Positions 35,581 through 45,883 of a DNA stretch of 64,000 nucleotides are shown piece after piece. Numbering within the stretch: position 1 is the first letter of the stretch; each line of letters opens with the position of its first letter. The translations under genes were made by a program, and so were the position numbers. Under the pieces are notes generated by a model. It searched no databases, was not told the origin of the DNA, and saw only the letters and a program-made list of their open reading frames with translations. The DNA is taken from contig CBDCJH010000002.1 in NCBI GenBank assembly GCA_965217775.1, forward strand, positions 608,001 to 672,000, given 5' to 3'. The DNA comes from Acidobacteriota bacterium (GTDB lineage Bacteria > Acidobacteriota > UBA6911 > RPQK01 > JAJDTT01).

Positions 35581-36681
35581 ATGCTCTCCCTCGGGATCGT
35601 CGGCCTGCCCAACGTAGGCAAGTCCACCCTCTTCAACGCGTTGACCTCGGGAGCGGCCGGGGTATCCAATTATCCTTTTGCCACCATCGACCGGAACGTG
35701 GGCCAGGTGCCGGTCCCGGACCCCAGGCTGCTGGAACTGGAGCGGCTGCTGGCACCCGGCGAGTGCACCCCCTGCTTCGTTCAGTTCATCGACATTGCCG
35801 GTTTGGTCCGGGGAGCCAGCCGGGGCGAGGGCCTCGGCAACCAGTTCCTCGGGCACATCCGGCAAGTCGACGCTATCATCCATCTGGTCCGCTGTTTCCC
35901 GGACCCGGATATCGTCCACGTCCTGGATCGGGTAGACGCCGCCCGGGACGTCTCGGTGGTGGAAACGGAGCTGTTGTTGGCCGATCTGGAGGTCCTCAGC
36001 CGGATTGTCTCCAAGCAGCAGAACACCTGGAGGACCGATCCCCGGAAACACGCCTGGGAAAGGGAGCAGCTTCTTCTGTTCCAAGAATCTCTGGAAAAAG
36101 GGATTCCCCTCAGGTCGTTGAACCTTGACCGGCAAGCCCGGCGGCGGCTCAAGGGACTGGGGCTCTTGACGGGAAAGCCGGTGGTCTACGTGGCCAACGT
36201 CGCCGAGGAGGACTATTCGCTCGGAGAGGACCCGCCCTGCGTCCGGTCGCTCAGGGAGGAGGTGGCTCGGTCCGGCCTAACCTCGGTTCTGGTAGTTTCG
36301 GCATCCCTGGATCATGAGCTCCAGCAGTTGGAGCCGGAGGAAAGGGAAGAGTTCCAGGATGAATTGGACTTGCCGTCTTCGGGCCCGGAGCGCCTGATCA
36401 GAAAGGGTTTTCAACTTCTGGACCTGGCGACCTTCTACACCATAGCCCGGAACAAGCTCCGGGCCTGGGAGATTCCCCGGGGCACGCCGGCCGTCCGGGC
36501 GGCCGGGAAGATCCACACCGACATGGAACGGGGATTCATCCGCGCCCAGGTGGCTTCGGGCGCGGAGTTGTGCCGGATCGGGAGTTGGAAAGAGATGCAC
36601 CACAAGGGCCTGATCCGCACCGAGGGCAGGGAATACGAGATTCAGGACGGAGACGTGGTGGAGTTTCTCTTTACGCCGTAA
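35581..36681 (+). CDS. ychF: Redox-regulated ATPase YchF
   Basis: GIVGLPNVGKST, NYPFATI, DIAGLV, GEGLGNQFL, AGKIHTD and TGS domain. Confidence 0.93.
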   Translation: MLSLGIVGLPNVGKSTLFNALTSGAAGVSNYPFATIDRNVGQVPVPDPRLLELERLLAPGECTPCFVQFIDIAGLVRGASRGEGLGNQFLGHIRQVDAIIHLVRCFPDPDIVHVLDRVDAARDVSVVETELLLADLEVLSRIVSKQQNTWRTDPRKHAWEREQLLLFQESLEKGIPLRSLNLDRQARRRLKGLGLLTGKPVVYVANVAEEDYSLGEDPPCVRSLREEVARSGLTSVLVVSASLDHELQQLEPEEREEFQDELDLPSSGPERLIRKGFQLLDLATFYTIARNKLRAWEIPRGTPAVRAAGKIHTDMERGFIRAQVASGAELCRIGSWKEMHHKGLIRTEGREYEIQDGDVVEFLFTP

Positions 36682-36748
36682 ATTACCGCGCTTGCTGCTG
36701 CCGCCGCCGGAGGCAGCGGACAGCCTCCCCGTGCATAATACCGGCGCT

Positions 36749-37984
36749 ATGCCAGATTCCGAAGGCTCCCGGCCGGGCGTTTTTCTCAGGACCTTCCAGG
36801 CTTTTCGGTACCGGGATTACCGGCTGGTCTGGATCGGCGCCTGCACCTCCGCCATCGGGACCTGGATGCAGACGACGGCCCAGGCCTGGCTGGTCCTCGC
36901 CCTGACCAACTCCCCCTTCTATCTCGGTTTGATCGGATTTCTTTCCCAGTTGCCCGTCGTCCTGCTGTCCCTTTTGGGAGGTGCCGCCGCCGATCGTGTG
37001 GATCGGAGAAAGCTTCTGCTCTTTTCCCAGTACAGCCAGATGGTCTCCGCGTTCATCCTGACGATTCTGGTCTTCGCCGGGGTGGTTCAGCTTTGGCACT
37101 TCCTGGTCCTGGTGACGGCGGTGGGAACGGCCCAGGCTTTCGGAGCTCCGGCGTTTCCGGCTCTGATGGCCGGTCTGGTGAAGCGCCGGGACCTGGCCAA
37201 CGCGGTTGCGCTGAATTCGATCCAGTTCAATCTGGCTCTGGTCATCGGTCCGGTACTGGCAGGGTTGATCATGACCTCCTACGGCGCCGTCACCTGCTTC
37301 GGACTCAACGGGCTCTCCTTCCTGGCGGTGATCTGCAGCCTCTACCTGGTCAAGAGCAGTTTTCTTCCCGGCGCCCAAAAGGAAACGGTCTGGGAGGGGA
37401 TCCGGAACGGTCTCCAATTCGTCCGCGCTCGCAAGTCGCTCTGGCAACTGAGCCTTCTGGGATTCGTCCTGACCTTCAGCGCCCTTCCCATGACGACTTT
37501 CCTGCCGGTTTACGCCCGGGACATCTACGGGCTGGGGTCCGAGGGGTATGCCGGGATGATGACCTGCTCGGGCATCGGAGCCGTGGTGGGGGCCCTGATC
37601 TCGGCCAACCTGGGATGGATGAGCCACAGAGGCCGGTTCAGCATTCAGGTCCAGGTCGTGCTGGCCCTGCTGCTGGCCCTGTTCGCCGTCTCCACGAACC
37701 TCTACGTCGGACTGTTGCTCCTCTTCCTGTGCCGGGTCTGCCTGATGGTGCTGTTTTCCTCCGTCATGTCGCTGGTCCAGGAAGGCGCGACCGAAGAGAT
37801 GCGCGGACGAGTCTTGAGCATCTTCAATTTGGCCATGAGGGGTGGGATGCCGATTGGAAACCTGGTGGCCGGATACCTTGCCTCCCGCATTTCCACGCCC
37901 TTTTCCCTACTCGTGGGCAGCGCGCTGCTGGGAGGGGTCGCTCTCTATTGCCTCTTTCTCCGGGTCCGTGTCACCCGGCTGTAA
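36749..37984 (+). CDS. MFS transporter (MFS_3/DHA3-like)
   Basis: About 12 hydrophobic segments; G-AADRVDRR and ANAVALNS motifs. Confidence 0.88.
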   Translation: MPDSEGSRPGVFLRTFQAFRYRDYRLVWIGACTSAIGTWMQTTAQAWLVLALTNSPFYLGLIGFLSQLPVVLLSLLGGAAADRVDRRKLLLFSQYSQMVSAFILTILVFAGVVQLWHFLVLVTAVGTAQAFGAPAFPALMAGLVKRRDLANAVALNSIQFNLALVIGPVLAGLIMTSYGAVTCFGLNGLSFLAVICSLYLVKSSFLPGAQKETVWEGIRNGLQFVRARKSLWQLSLLGFVLTFSALPMTTFLPVYARDIYGLGSEGYAGMMTCSGIGAVVGALISANLGWMSHRGRFSIQVQVVLALLLALFAVSTNLYVGLLLLFLCRVCLMVLFSSVMSLVQEGATEEMRGRVLSIFNLAMRGGMPIGNLVAGYLASRISTPFSLLVGSALLGGVALYCLFLRVRVTRL

Positions 37985-38042
37985 CTGTTCGAAGTTTCCG
38001 GCGACGAATCGTGCCTTGTTCGCCGAAATGGGCTTTGCTGGA

Positions 38043-38459
38043 TCAGCTTTTACGGAGCAGTGCCAGGGCTTTGCGGGCGGTCACGACGGGGATGCCGTCC
38101 ACTTCCCGGAGTGCAAGCATGTGTTTTTTGTCGCCCGAAACGATCAGGTCGACCCGACCGGCGATTGCGGCGCCCAGAATCGGGTTGTCATTGGGATCGG
38201 GGGACAGGTTCACCTGCGGCGGATCGTCAAGGATCAAGGCTCGTGTGCCGATATTCTGGACGATGGCCGATGCCTCATCTGCGTCGAGAAACCTTTGGAG
38301 GCGGGGCCGTGCCAAAACGTTGGCCAATTCAGCCAGTTGCGCCACAGACGTCACGAGTTCCAACTCGCCACGCAACCAAGCCCGGTACAACCTGTCGGGC
38401 GGAGTTCCCTTCGTGATCAGAGCACCGATCAGGATGTTCGTATCAAGAATGATCCGCAC
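38043..38459 (-). CDS. PIN-domain toxin (PIN_3-like)
   Basis: MRIILDTNIL, DPNDN and IVSGDK motifs. Confidence 0.88.
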   Translation of the reverse strand: MRIILDTNILIGALITKGTPPDRLYRAWLRGELELVTSVAQLAELANVLARPRLQRFLDADEASAIVQNIGTRALILDDPPQVNLSPDPNDNPILGAAIAGRVDLIVSGDKKHMLALREVDGIPVVTARKALALLRKS

Positions 38460-38679
38460 GCGCGGCGTTCAACTCTTCGCCGATCAGGTCGAGGATTTCC
38501 CGTTGGTCGTATCGCGCATTGCGGTCCTTGACCTCGGTAACAGTCAGGTCGAAAATCCGGCGCCGCACGGCTTCATCGACAAATCGGGATAGATCCCCTT
38601 TCCTGCCGCCATTGCGGGCAAGATGCATACGGACTGCCCGGTCTGTTTCTTCCGGAATGGAAAGGCTCCATCGAATCAT
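38443..38679 (-). CDS. Ribbon-helix-helix antitoxin
   Basis: RWSLSI-EETD...KGDLSRFVDEAV; overlaps the PIN gene start. Confidence 0.8.
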   Translation of the reverse strand: MIRWSLSIPEETDRAVRMHLARNGGRKGDLSRFVDEAVRRRIFDLTVTEVKDRNARYDQREILDLIGEELNAARADHS

Positions 38680-38710
38680 CGATCACGTTCCACACATAGA
38701 TGTAAAAGCA

Positions 38711-38874
38711 TATCAGTCCGTGGTGAAAGTCCCGCGAGCACCGAGACCGTTCCTGCGCCCGCCGGACAAGGCGCGATTCGGGTGCATACCGGGAGTATGT
38801 GCCCGAATCGCAACGCCGTCCGCCGGGATGCAGGGACGGTCGAATGCCGTGATGACTTTTGCCACGGGCTGATA
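38711..38874. mobile_element. 164-bp MITE, copy 1
   Basis: Imperfect 21-bp TIRs TATCAGTCCGTGGTGAAAGTC / GACTTTTGCCACGGGCTGATA with TA at both ends; near-identical inverted copy at 48237-48400. Confidence 0.88.
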
Positions 38875-38990
38875 TATACGCACAACCTATCAGATGCCCG
38901 TCCCCACCATCAATTTGCATGAGCACCGCATCCAATGGTTCCCCGATCGGGTCACCGGCCTGCTTGGGTTCAACCGAGTAATGTCTCATT

Positions 38991-39139
38991 CCTGACCCGG
39001 CATAGCCGGAACCAAAATTCTTCGCCGGAGCGGTGGCTTTCCAGCCGACGACTCTTCGTCTGGCACCGTCTTGCTCCGCTTCGGACCGAAGAGGGCACCC
39101 ACAAGGGGCGAAGAGGGCACCCACAAGGGGCGCCCCTAC
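38991..39139 (-). repeat. Composite REP repeat, inverted copy of 2112-2240 with an internal ~22-bp tandem duplication
   Basis: Direct sequence comparison. Confidence 0.85.
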
Positions 39140-39201
39140 TAACTTCGCATCTTCCAGTCGTAGTAAACTGAATCGGAACTCATTCAGGGCCGGGAGTCGT
39201 C

Positions 39202-40290
39202 ATGAAGTACGCATCACACTGGAACGACCGTCGGCGTGGAGTCCTGCTGAATCTGGCCGTCCTGGTGTCGGTTGGCTGCACGGAGGCATCGATGGCCGCC
39301 CAGCCGGCGAAGGGCCGTGTGCTGGCCCGGGTCAACGGAGTGGCGGTGACGCAGGACGAAGTCCGCCAAGCCGCCGCCTCGGACCTGAAGAAGCTCCGGT
39401 TGACCCGCCTTCAATACGAGGCGAAGCACAAGCAGAAGGTCCACGACGCCGTCGAGTCGAATCTGAATCGGATGGTGGGCCTGAAACTGGTGGAGCAGGA
39501 AGCGGAGCGGCGGTCGCTGCCGGTCCAGGAGCTGCTGCGGCAGGAAGTCAGCGCCGGCATGAAGGAGGCGACCGATCAAGAGGTTGCCGGCTTTTACCAG
39601 AGCAACCGGAAGAAGCTGAAGAAGTCCTTGGAGGAGATGTCCGGAGAGATTCGGAGATACCTGAGCCGGCAGCAGTACCAGAAGCGCTATCGGGCATTTG
39701 TGGATCGTCTCAAGGCGGCGAGCCGGGTCGAGTCGTTCCTGGAGCCGAACCGGGTGGAGATCCGGACCTTGAGCAGTCCGTCTCTGGGACCGGTGGACGC
39801 GCCGATCACCCTGGTGGAGTTTTCCGACTTCCAGTGCCCCTACTGCGCGCGTCTCGCCCCCGTCGTGAAAAGGATCGCGGGCGAGTATCCAGGGCAGGTC
39901 CGGGTGGTCTTTCGGCAGTTTCCCCTGAGAAGTATCCATGCGCACGCCCAGCAGGCGGCGGAGGCTTCCCTGTGCGCTTTCGATCAGGGCCGGTTCTGGG
40001 AGATGCACGACGCCCTGTTCGCAGACATCAAGAAATTGGGCCCCGAGGACTTGACGGCCCGGGCCAAGAAACTGAATCTGGACCTGGAGGCATTCAACCA
40101 GTGTCTGGAGTCTGGCAAGTATGCCGCCGCCGTCCAGCAGGATCTGGAGGACGGCATGGTGGCCGGAGTCTCAGGGACGCCGGCGGTCTATATCAACGGC
40201 CGGGTGCTGAAAGGTTCCAAACCCTACGACGGGATCAAGAAGGTGATCGAGGAGGAATTGCGGAGGGCGGGGAACCCTAGTCCCCGATGA
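39202..40290 (+). CDS. DsbA-family thioredoxin with SurA-like N-terminal domain
   Basis: EFSDFQCPYC, FPL and GTP motifs; N-terminal ARVNG. Confidence 0.88.
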   Translation: MKYASHWNDRRRGVLLNLAVLVSVGCTEASMAAQPAKGRVLARVNGVAVTQDEVRQAAASDLKKLRLTRLQYEAKHKQKVHDAVESNLNRMVGLKLVEQEAERRSLPVQELLRQEVSAGMKEATDQEVAGFYQSNRKKLKKSLEEMSGEIRRYLSRQQYQKRYRAFVDRLKAASRVESFLEPNRVEIRTLSSPSLGPVDAPITLVEFSDFQCPYCARLAPVVKRIAGEYPGQVRVVFRQFPLRSIHAHAQQAAEASLCAFDQGRFWEMHDALFADIKKLGPEDLTARAKKLNLDLEAFNQCLESGKYAAAVQQDLEDGMVAGVSGTPAVYINGRVLKGSKPYDGIKKVIEEELRRAGNPSPR

Positions 40291-40439
40291 CGACTCCCGG
40301 CTCGGAGGCCTCACCTCGCAAATCCCCGCTAGGAGTCTGCGCCGTAGGAATGATCGTAGCGGGAAAGTGGGGAATCGAGGACAGATTTTCTCGATTTGGA
40401 GGTGCATAGTCGTTCTATTCGCCGAGAAATCGAGGAAAT

Positions 40440-41564
40440 ATGGACCGATTCACCGCTTTCGCAGTAGATCAATTTCTGCGGCGCAGGCTCCTAGTCTCCG
40501 CCGCTCTCACGGCATTGAGCCGGTGGGGTTGCCTGGCTTGGCTGTTCTTTTCCGCGTCTCAGCTTCACGCACACCAGGATTCGGTGGGCTACTGGTCGAT
40601 TCAGGTGGAGCCGCCCCGAGTGCGGTCCACGATTCGCATCTCCATCCTGGACCTGAACTTTCTTCCCGAGTTGGACGCCAATAGCGACGGCGTCCTCGAG
40701 TACCAGGAAGTCTCGGCCCGGAGGGAGGACATCCAGTCTCGACTCCTGGACCACTTCCTGATTCGGAGCGGAGACCTCTCGCCCGAGACCCACGTCGAGA
40801 AATTCCGGATCCTGGATTCAGGAGAACTGGAGTTGACCCTGGACCACCGTTTTCAGGAGCCACCGGGCGAACTTCAACTGGAATCCGCCTTCCACAAGCT
40901 CACCGATGACCGTCACCAGACGTTTTGCCAGGTCAACATGGACGGGGAGCTGACCCAGTACGTTCTGGATGTGAGCCGTCCGGTGGAGAAGATCGAGGTG
41001 CTGGCGGGTTGGTCCGGTCTTGCCCGCCGCGCGAGCCGTTTCCTGGTTCTGGGAGTCGAGCACATCCTCACCGGTTACGATCACCTGGCGTTTCTGTTGG
41101 GGCTGATCATCCTGGGCGGGGCCTTGAGGTCGCTCATCGGTGTCGTCTCCTCCTTCACCGTGGCCCATAGCCTGACGCTGATTGCGGCCACTCTGGACCT
41201 GGTCGTCCTGCCCACCCGGTTCGTGGAGGCGGCCATTGCGCTGAGCATCTGCTATGTCGCTCTGGAGAACATGTTCGTGCGCGAGGTCCGGTACCGATGG
41301 GTCATCACCTTCTTCTTCGGGCTGATTCACGGATTCGGTTTCTCCAATGTCTTGCGGGAGATGCAGCTTCCCAAGTCGGGCCTGGCCGTCTCCCTTCTCT
41401 CCTTCAATCTGGGCGTCGAGGTGGGACAATTGGCGATACTACTCCTGCTCTTTCCCGTGGTTCTTTTCCTGAGCCGACGACGCTGGCACTCGGTCGCCAT
41501 CAATCTGGCATCCGCCCTGATGCTGGGTCTGGGGGGGTTCTGGTTCGTGCAGCGGGTGACCTGA
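40440..41564 (+). CDS. HupE/UreJ family membrane protein
   Basis: GVEHILTGYDHLAF, FTVAHSLTL, FGLIHGFGF and FNLGVE motifs. Confidence 0.88.
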   Translation: MDRFTAFAVDQFLRRRLLVSAALTALSRWGCLAWLFFSASQLHAHQDSVGYWSIQVEPPRVRSTIRISILDLNFLPELDANSDGVLEYQEVSARREDIQSRLLDHFLIRSGDLSPETHVEKFRILDSGELELTLDHRFQEPPGELQLESAFHKLTDDRHQTFCQVNMDGELTQYVLDVSRPVEKIEVLAGWSGLARRASRFLVLGVEHILTGYDHLAFLLGLIILGGALRSLIGVVSSFTVAHSLTLIAATLDLVVLPTRFVEAAIALSICYVALENMFVREVRYRWVITFFFGLIHGFGFSNVLREMQLPKSGLAVSLLSFNLGVEVGQLAILLLLFPVVLFLSRRRWHSVAINLASALMLGLGGFWFVQRVT

Positions 41565-41654
41565 CTGCCCTCCCTCGAGAATTGACCTCGAAGGACCGTT
41601 CCTGCTACTGTTTAAGGCTATTTTTTGGCTGAGTACAACTCTGGGAAGGTGCCC

Positions 41655-43202
41655 ATGTCGGAGAAAATCTACATATTCGACACCACGTTGCGTGACGGTG
41701 AGCAGTCTCCCGGATGCTCCATGAACCTTCAGGAAAAGCTGAAGATGGCGCGTCAACTGGAGCGGCTGAACGTGGACATCATCGAGGCCGGCTTCCCGAT
41801 CGCTTCCCAGGGGGACTTCGAGGCGGTGCAAGCCATTGCCGGCGAGGTGAGGGAGCCCACCATCGCCGGTCTGTGCCGGGCCCATCGAATGGATATCGAG
41901 CGAGCCTGGGAGGCCCTTCGGGGAGCGTACAAGCCCCGGATTCACACCTTCATCGCCACTTCGGACATCCACCTGAAACACAAGCTCAGAAGATCCCGGT
42001 CCGAAGTGCTGGAGGTCTCGGTGGAGGCCGTCAAGATTGCCCGGGACCTTTGCGAGGACGTCGAGTTCTCGGCCGAAGACGCCACCAGGAGCGACGTCGA
42101 CTACCTGGTGGAGGTGTTCGACGCCGTCCTCGAGGCGGGCGCCACGACCGTCAACATCCCCGACACGGTGGGCTATTCCGTTCCCGGCGAGTACGGGGCT
42201 CTGATCCAGGAACTCCGTTCCCGGCTCTCCCACCACGAGCACGCCATTTTCAGCACCCACTGCCACAACGATCTGGGGCTGGCCGTCGCCAATACGCTGG
42301 CCGCGTTGGAGGGTGGTTGCCGCCAGGTCGAATGCACCATCAACGGCATCGGCGAACGGGCGGGGAATGCCTCGCTGGAAGAGCTCGTCATGACGCTGCG
42401 GACCCGGGGCAGCATCCTGCCCTTTTACACCGACATCGTCTCGGAGGAACTCTATGCGGCGAGCCGCATGGTGGTGAACCTGACCGGAAGCTTCGTCCAG
42501 GCCAACAAGGCCGTCGTGGGCAAGAATGCCTTCGCCCACGAGGCGGGGATCCACCAGGACGGCATGCTCAAGAATGCCCAGACCTACGAGATCATGACTC
42601 CCCAGTCGGTGGGCCTCAAGAGCAGTTCGCTCGTGCTCGGCAAGCACAGCGGACGCCACGCCCTCCTGCGAAAGTATCAGGATCTGGGTTACGAGCTTTC
42701 GCGCGACGAACTGCATCGAGCCTATTTCTTCTTTACCAAGTTGGCGGATCAGAAGAAGGAAATCTTCGACGAAGACCTGATCACCATCATCCAGGACGGG
42801 ATCAAGACGATTCCCGACACCTACAAGCTCAAATACGTCCATGCCCAGGGCGGAAACCAGCAACTGGCTTCGGCGGTGGTCCAACTCCAGCAGGGTGACG
42901 AAGAATTTGTCGCCACCGCGCACGGCGACGGCCCCATCGATGCCATCTACAAGGCCGTCGACCGGATCACGGGAATCACCGGCCGGCTGCTGGATTACAA
43001 CGTCAGCGCCGTGAGCCGGGGCAAGGACGCCCTGGGTGAAGTCTTCGTTCGCACCAATTTTGGTGGGATCGGATTCACGGGGAAGGCCGCCAGCGTCGAT
43101 GTCATCGATGCCAGCGCGCGCGCCTATCTGAACGCCGTCAACAAGGCTCTGTACGAGGCCAACAGGTTGGAGCGGGCGGCGCCCCGCAGCGCCTCGGCTT
43201 GA
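41655..43202 (+). CDS. leuA: 2-isopropylmalate synthase
   Basis: [25 protein letters not shown] and HQDG motifs. Confidence 0.96.
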   Translation: MSEKIYIFDTTLRDGEQSPGCSMNLQEKLKMARQLERLNVDIIEAGFPIASQGDFEAVQAIAGEVREPTIAGLCRAHRMDIERAWEALRGAYKPRIHTFIATSDIHLKHKLRRSRSEVLEVSVEAVKIARDLCEDVEFSAEDATRSDVDYLVEVFDAVLEAGATTVNIPDTVGYSVPGEYGALIQELRSRLSHHEHAIFSTHCHNDLGLAVANTLAALEGGCRQVECTINGIGERAGNASLEELVMTLRTRGSILPFYTDIVSEELYAASRMVVNLTGSFVQANKAVVGKNAFAHEAGIHQDGMLKNAQTYEIMTPQSVGLKSSSLVLGKHSGRHALLRKYQDLGYELSRDELHRAYFFFTKLADQKKEIFDEDLITIIQDGIKTIPDTYKLKYVHAQGGNQQLASAVVQLQQGDEEFVATAHGDGPIDAIYKAVDRITGITGRLLDYNVSAVSRGKDALGEVFVRTNFGGIGFTGKAASVDVIDASARAYLNAVNKALYEANRLERAAPRSASA

Positions 43203-43312
43203 CGGGTCCGACCGGGCGGGCCGATTTTCGGGGCCGATTGTCCGACGCCGGAGTTCCCTTGGACCGCCCCGCCGATAAATCGCAGGCTCGGCCGGAGGAA
43301 CAACCCACAGAC

Positions 43313-44713
43313 ATGCCCAAGACCTTGTTCGCGAAGATTTGGGACGATCACGTCGTTCACCAGGAACCCGGTCGGCCCGATCTCCTGTACATCGATTGCC
43401 ATCTGGTGCACGAGGTCACCTCGCCCCAGGCCTTCGAGGGCTTGCGGCAGGCGGGACGGCAAGTCCGGCGGCCCGATCTGACCACGGCCACGTTGGATCA
43501 CAACATCCCCACCGTGGATCAGAGGTTGCCCATCGCCGACCTCATCGCCAGAAAGCAGGTGGAGACCCTTCGCCGAAATTGCCGGGAATTCGGGATCACG
43601 CTCTACGATCTGGACAGCCGGAATCAGGGCATCGTGCACGTGATCGGCCCGGAGCTGGGCCTGACCCGTCCCGGGCTGACCATGGTCTGCGGCGACAGCC
43701 ACACCTCGACGCACGGCGCCTTCGGAGCTCTGGCCTTCGGCATCGGAACCAGCGAGGTGGAACATGTGCTCGCCACCCAGTGTCTGATCCAAAGCCGGCC
43801 GCGAACCATGCGGGTCCACTTTTCCGGGAGGCTCTCCGCCGGCGTGACCGCCAAGGACGTGATTCTCTACCTGATTCGCACGCTGGGGACGGATGGGGCG
43901 GTGGGTCAGGTCCTCGAGTACGCAGGGCCGGTGGTCGAAGGTTTCTCCATGGAGGAGCGGATGACGCTCTGCAACATGTCCATCGAGGCCGGGGCCCGGG
44001 CCGGAATGGTGGCGCCCGACGAGACCACCTTCGAGTATCTGGAGGGACGTCCGTTCGTCCCCCGGGGGAAGGACTACCAGGAGGCGGTGGACCGGTGGCG
44101 GCTGCTCCCCAGCGATCCCGGCGCCGGCTTCCACCGGGAGCTCGATCTGGACGTGGCTGCCCTGGCGCCCCAGGTGAGTTGGGGAACCAATCCCGGGATG
44201 GTGGTGGATGTGACGGACGCGATTCCCGATCCGGAGACCTTCGACCAGGCAGCGGACCGGGAATCGGGACACAGAGCATTGGATTACATGGATCTGGACC
44301 CGGGAACGCCGGTCCGGGAGGTCCGCGTCGACCGGGTGTTCATCGGGTCCTGCACCAATTCTCGAATCGAGGATCTGCGCAGTGCCGCCCGCATCGCGCA
44401 GGGACGGAAGGTGGACGACAGCGTCTATGCCATGGTGGTCCCCGGGTCGCAGCGCGTGAAGGGGCAGGCCGAAGCCGAAGGACTGGACCGGATCTTCATC
44501 GAAGCCGGGTTCGACTGGCGGGAGTCGGGTTGCAGCATGTGTCTGGGCATGAACCCTGACGTTCTCCAGCCCGGGCAGCGCTGTGCATCCACCTCGAACC
44601 GGAATTTCGAGGGTCGTCAGGGGAAGGGCGGACGGACCCACCTGGTGAGTCCCGCCATGGCGGCCGCGGCGGCGATCCAGGGACGATTCGTGGACATTCG
44701 AGACTGGTTCTGA
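43313..44713 (+). CDS. leuC: 3-isopropylmalate dehydratase large subunit
   Basis: [22 protein letters not shown] and [12 protein letters not shown] motifs. Confidence 0.96.
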   Translation: MPKTLFAKIWDDHVVHQEPGRPDLLYIDCHLVHEVTSPQAFEGLRQAGRQVRRPDLTTATLDHNIPTVDQRLPIADLIARKQVETLRRNCREFGITLYDLDSRNQGIVHVIGPELGLTRPGLTMVCGDSHTSTHGAFGALAFGIGTSEVEHVLATQCLIQSRPRTMRVHFSGRLSAGVTAKDVILYLIRTLGTDGAVGQVLEYAGPVVEGFSMEERMTLCNMSIEAGARAGMVAPDETTFEYLEGRPFVPRGKDYQEAVDRWRLLPSDPGAGFHRELDLDVAALAPQVSWGTNPGMVVDVTDAIPDPETFDQAADRESGHRALDYMDLDPGTPVREVRVDRVFIGSCTNSRIEDLRSAARIAQGRKVDDSVYAMVVPGSQRVKGQAEAEGLDRIFIEAGFDWRESGCSMCLGMNPDVLQPGQRCASTSNRNFEGRQGKGGRTHLVSPAMAAAAAIQGRFVDIRDWF

Positions 44714-44723
44714 GGCACTGAGG

Positions 44724-45314
44724 ATGCAACCCTACCGGCTGGAGACGGGCAAGGTGGCCACCCTGGATCGGGCCAACGTGGACACCGACCAGATCATTCC
44801 CAAGCAGTTCCTGAAGCGGATCGAACGCAGCGGATTCGGCCAGTTCCTCTTCTACGACTGGAGATTTTTGGAGGATGGGAGCCTCGACCCCCGGTTCGAG
44901 TTGAATCAATCCCGGTTCCGGGGCGCCACGGTGTTGTTGACCGGCAGCAACTTCGGCTGCGGTTCCTCCAGGGAACATGCCCCCTGGGCGCTGCTGGACT
45001 ACGGATTTCGGACCATAATCGCGCCCTCGTTTGCCGACATTTTCTACAACAACTGCTTCAAGAACGGGATGTTGCCGATTCGGCTCCCCCAGGAGCAGGT
45101 GAGGGATCTCTTCCGGCGGGTCAGCGAAGATCCGGACTACACCCTGTCCGCGGACCTGGAGAGCTGCACGCTCCGGGACGGCAAGGGTATGAACCTGGAG
45201 TTCCCGGTGGAGCCGTTCCGGAGGCACTGCCTGTTGGAGGGCCTCGACGAGATCGGACTCACCCTCCGGCACGAGGAGAAGATCAGCCGGTACGAGGCGG
45301 CTCACCCCGCATAA
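44724..45314 (+). CDS. leuD: 3-isopropylmalate dehydratase small subunit
   Basis: [13 protein letters not shown] and [11 protein letters not shown] motifs. Confidence 0.96.
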   Translation: MQPYRLETGKVATLDRANVDTDQIIPKQFLKRIERSGFGQFLFYDWRFLEDGSLDPRFELNQSRFRGATVLLTGSNFGCGSSREHAPWALLDYGFRTIIAPSFADIFYNNCFKNGMLPIRLPQEQVRDLFRRVSEDPDYTLSADLESCTLRDGKGMNLEFPVEPFRRHCLLEGLDEIGLTLRHEEKISRYEAAHPA

Positions 45315-45368
45315 GCGGTCCGCATCCGGAGCCGCCGGCCGAGACGATTCCGGGGCCTCGGCCAGATC

Positions 45369-45839
45369 TCAGGCGGACCTCAGCGCTTCCAGCTTGTCCC
45401 GCACCTTCCGTGCGTGTCCCCTGGCCCTGACGCTGCGCCAGTGGTGAGCCACTTTTCCGGAAGGATTGATGATCACGGTGGAGCGTTTGACGCCCAGGAA
45501 GGTCCGGCCGTACATTTTCTTTTCGCCCCAGGCCCCGTATTCCTCCATCACCTTGTGGTCCGGGTCCGAAAGGAGCGCAATCTTCAGGTCGAACTTTTCG
45601 ATGAAGTTGCGATGCTTGCGGGTCGTGTCGGGGCTGCAACCCAGGACCACCGCGTCGAGTGCCGCGAATTCCGCCACGCCGGCGGTGAACTCACAGGCTT
45701 CGACGGTGCAGCCGGGGGTGTTGTCCCTGGGGTAGAAGTAGAGGACGATCCACTGGCCGTCCAGATCGCTGAGACGGACGTCCTGGTCCGCTTGGTTCTT
45801 GAGGCTGAAGTCAGGGGCTGGATTTCCGATTTCGATCAT
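45369..45839 (-). CDS. bcp: Peroxiredoxin BCP/PrxQ
   Basis: YFYPRDNTPGCTVEAC motif. Confidence 0.92.
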   Translation of the reverse strand: MIEIGNPAPDFSLKNQADQDVRLSDLDGQWIVLYFYPRDNTPGCTVEACEFTAGVAEFAALDAVVLGCSPDTTRKHRNFIEKFDLKIALLSDPDHKVMEEYGAWGEKKMYGRTFLGVKRSTVIINPSGKVAHHWRSVRARGHARKVRDKLEALRSA

Positions 45840-45883
45840 TTTCCTTGATTCTCCCGGATGAAATGTACCGCTGCCGCGGCCTT

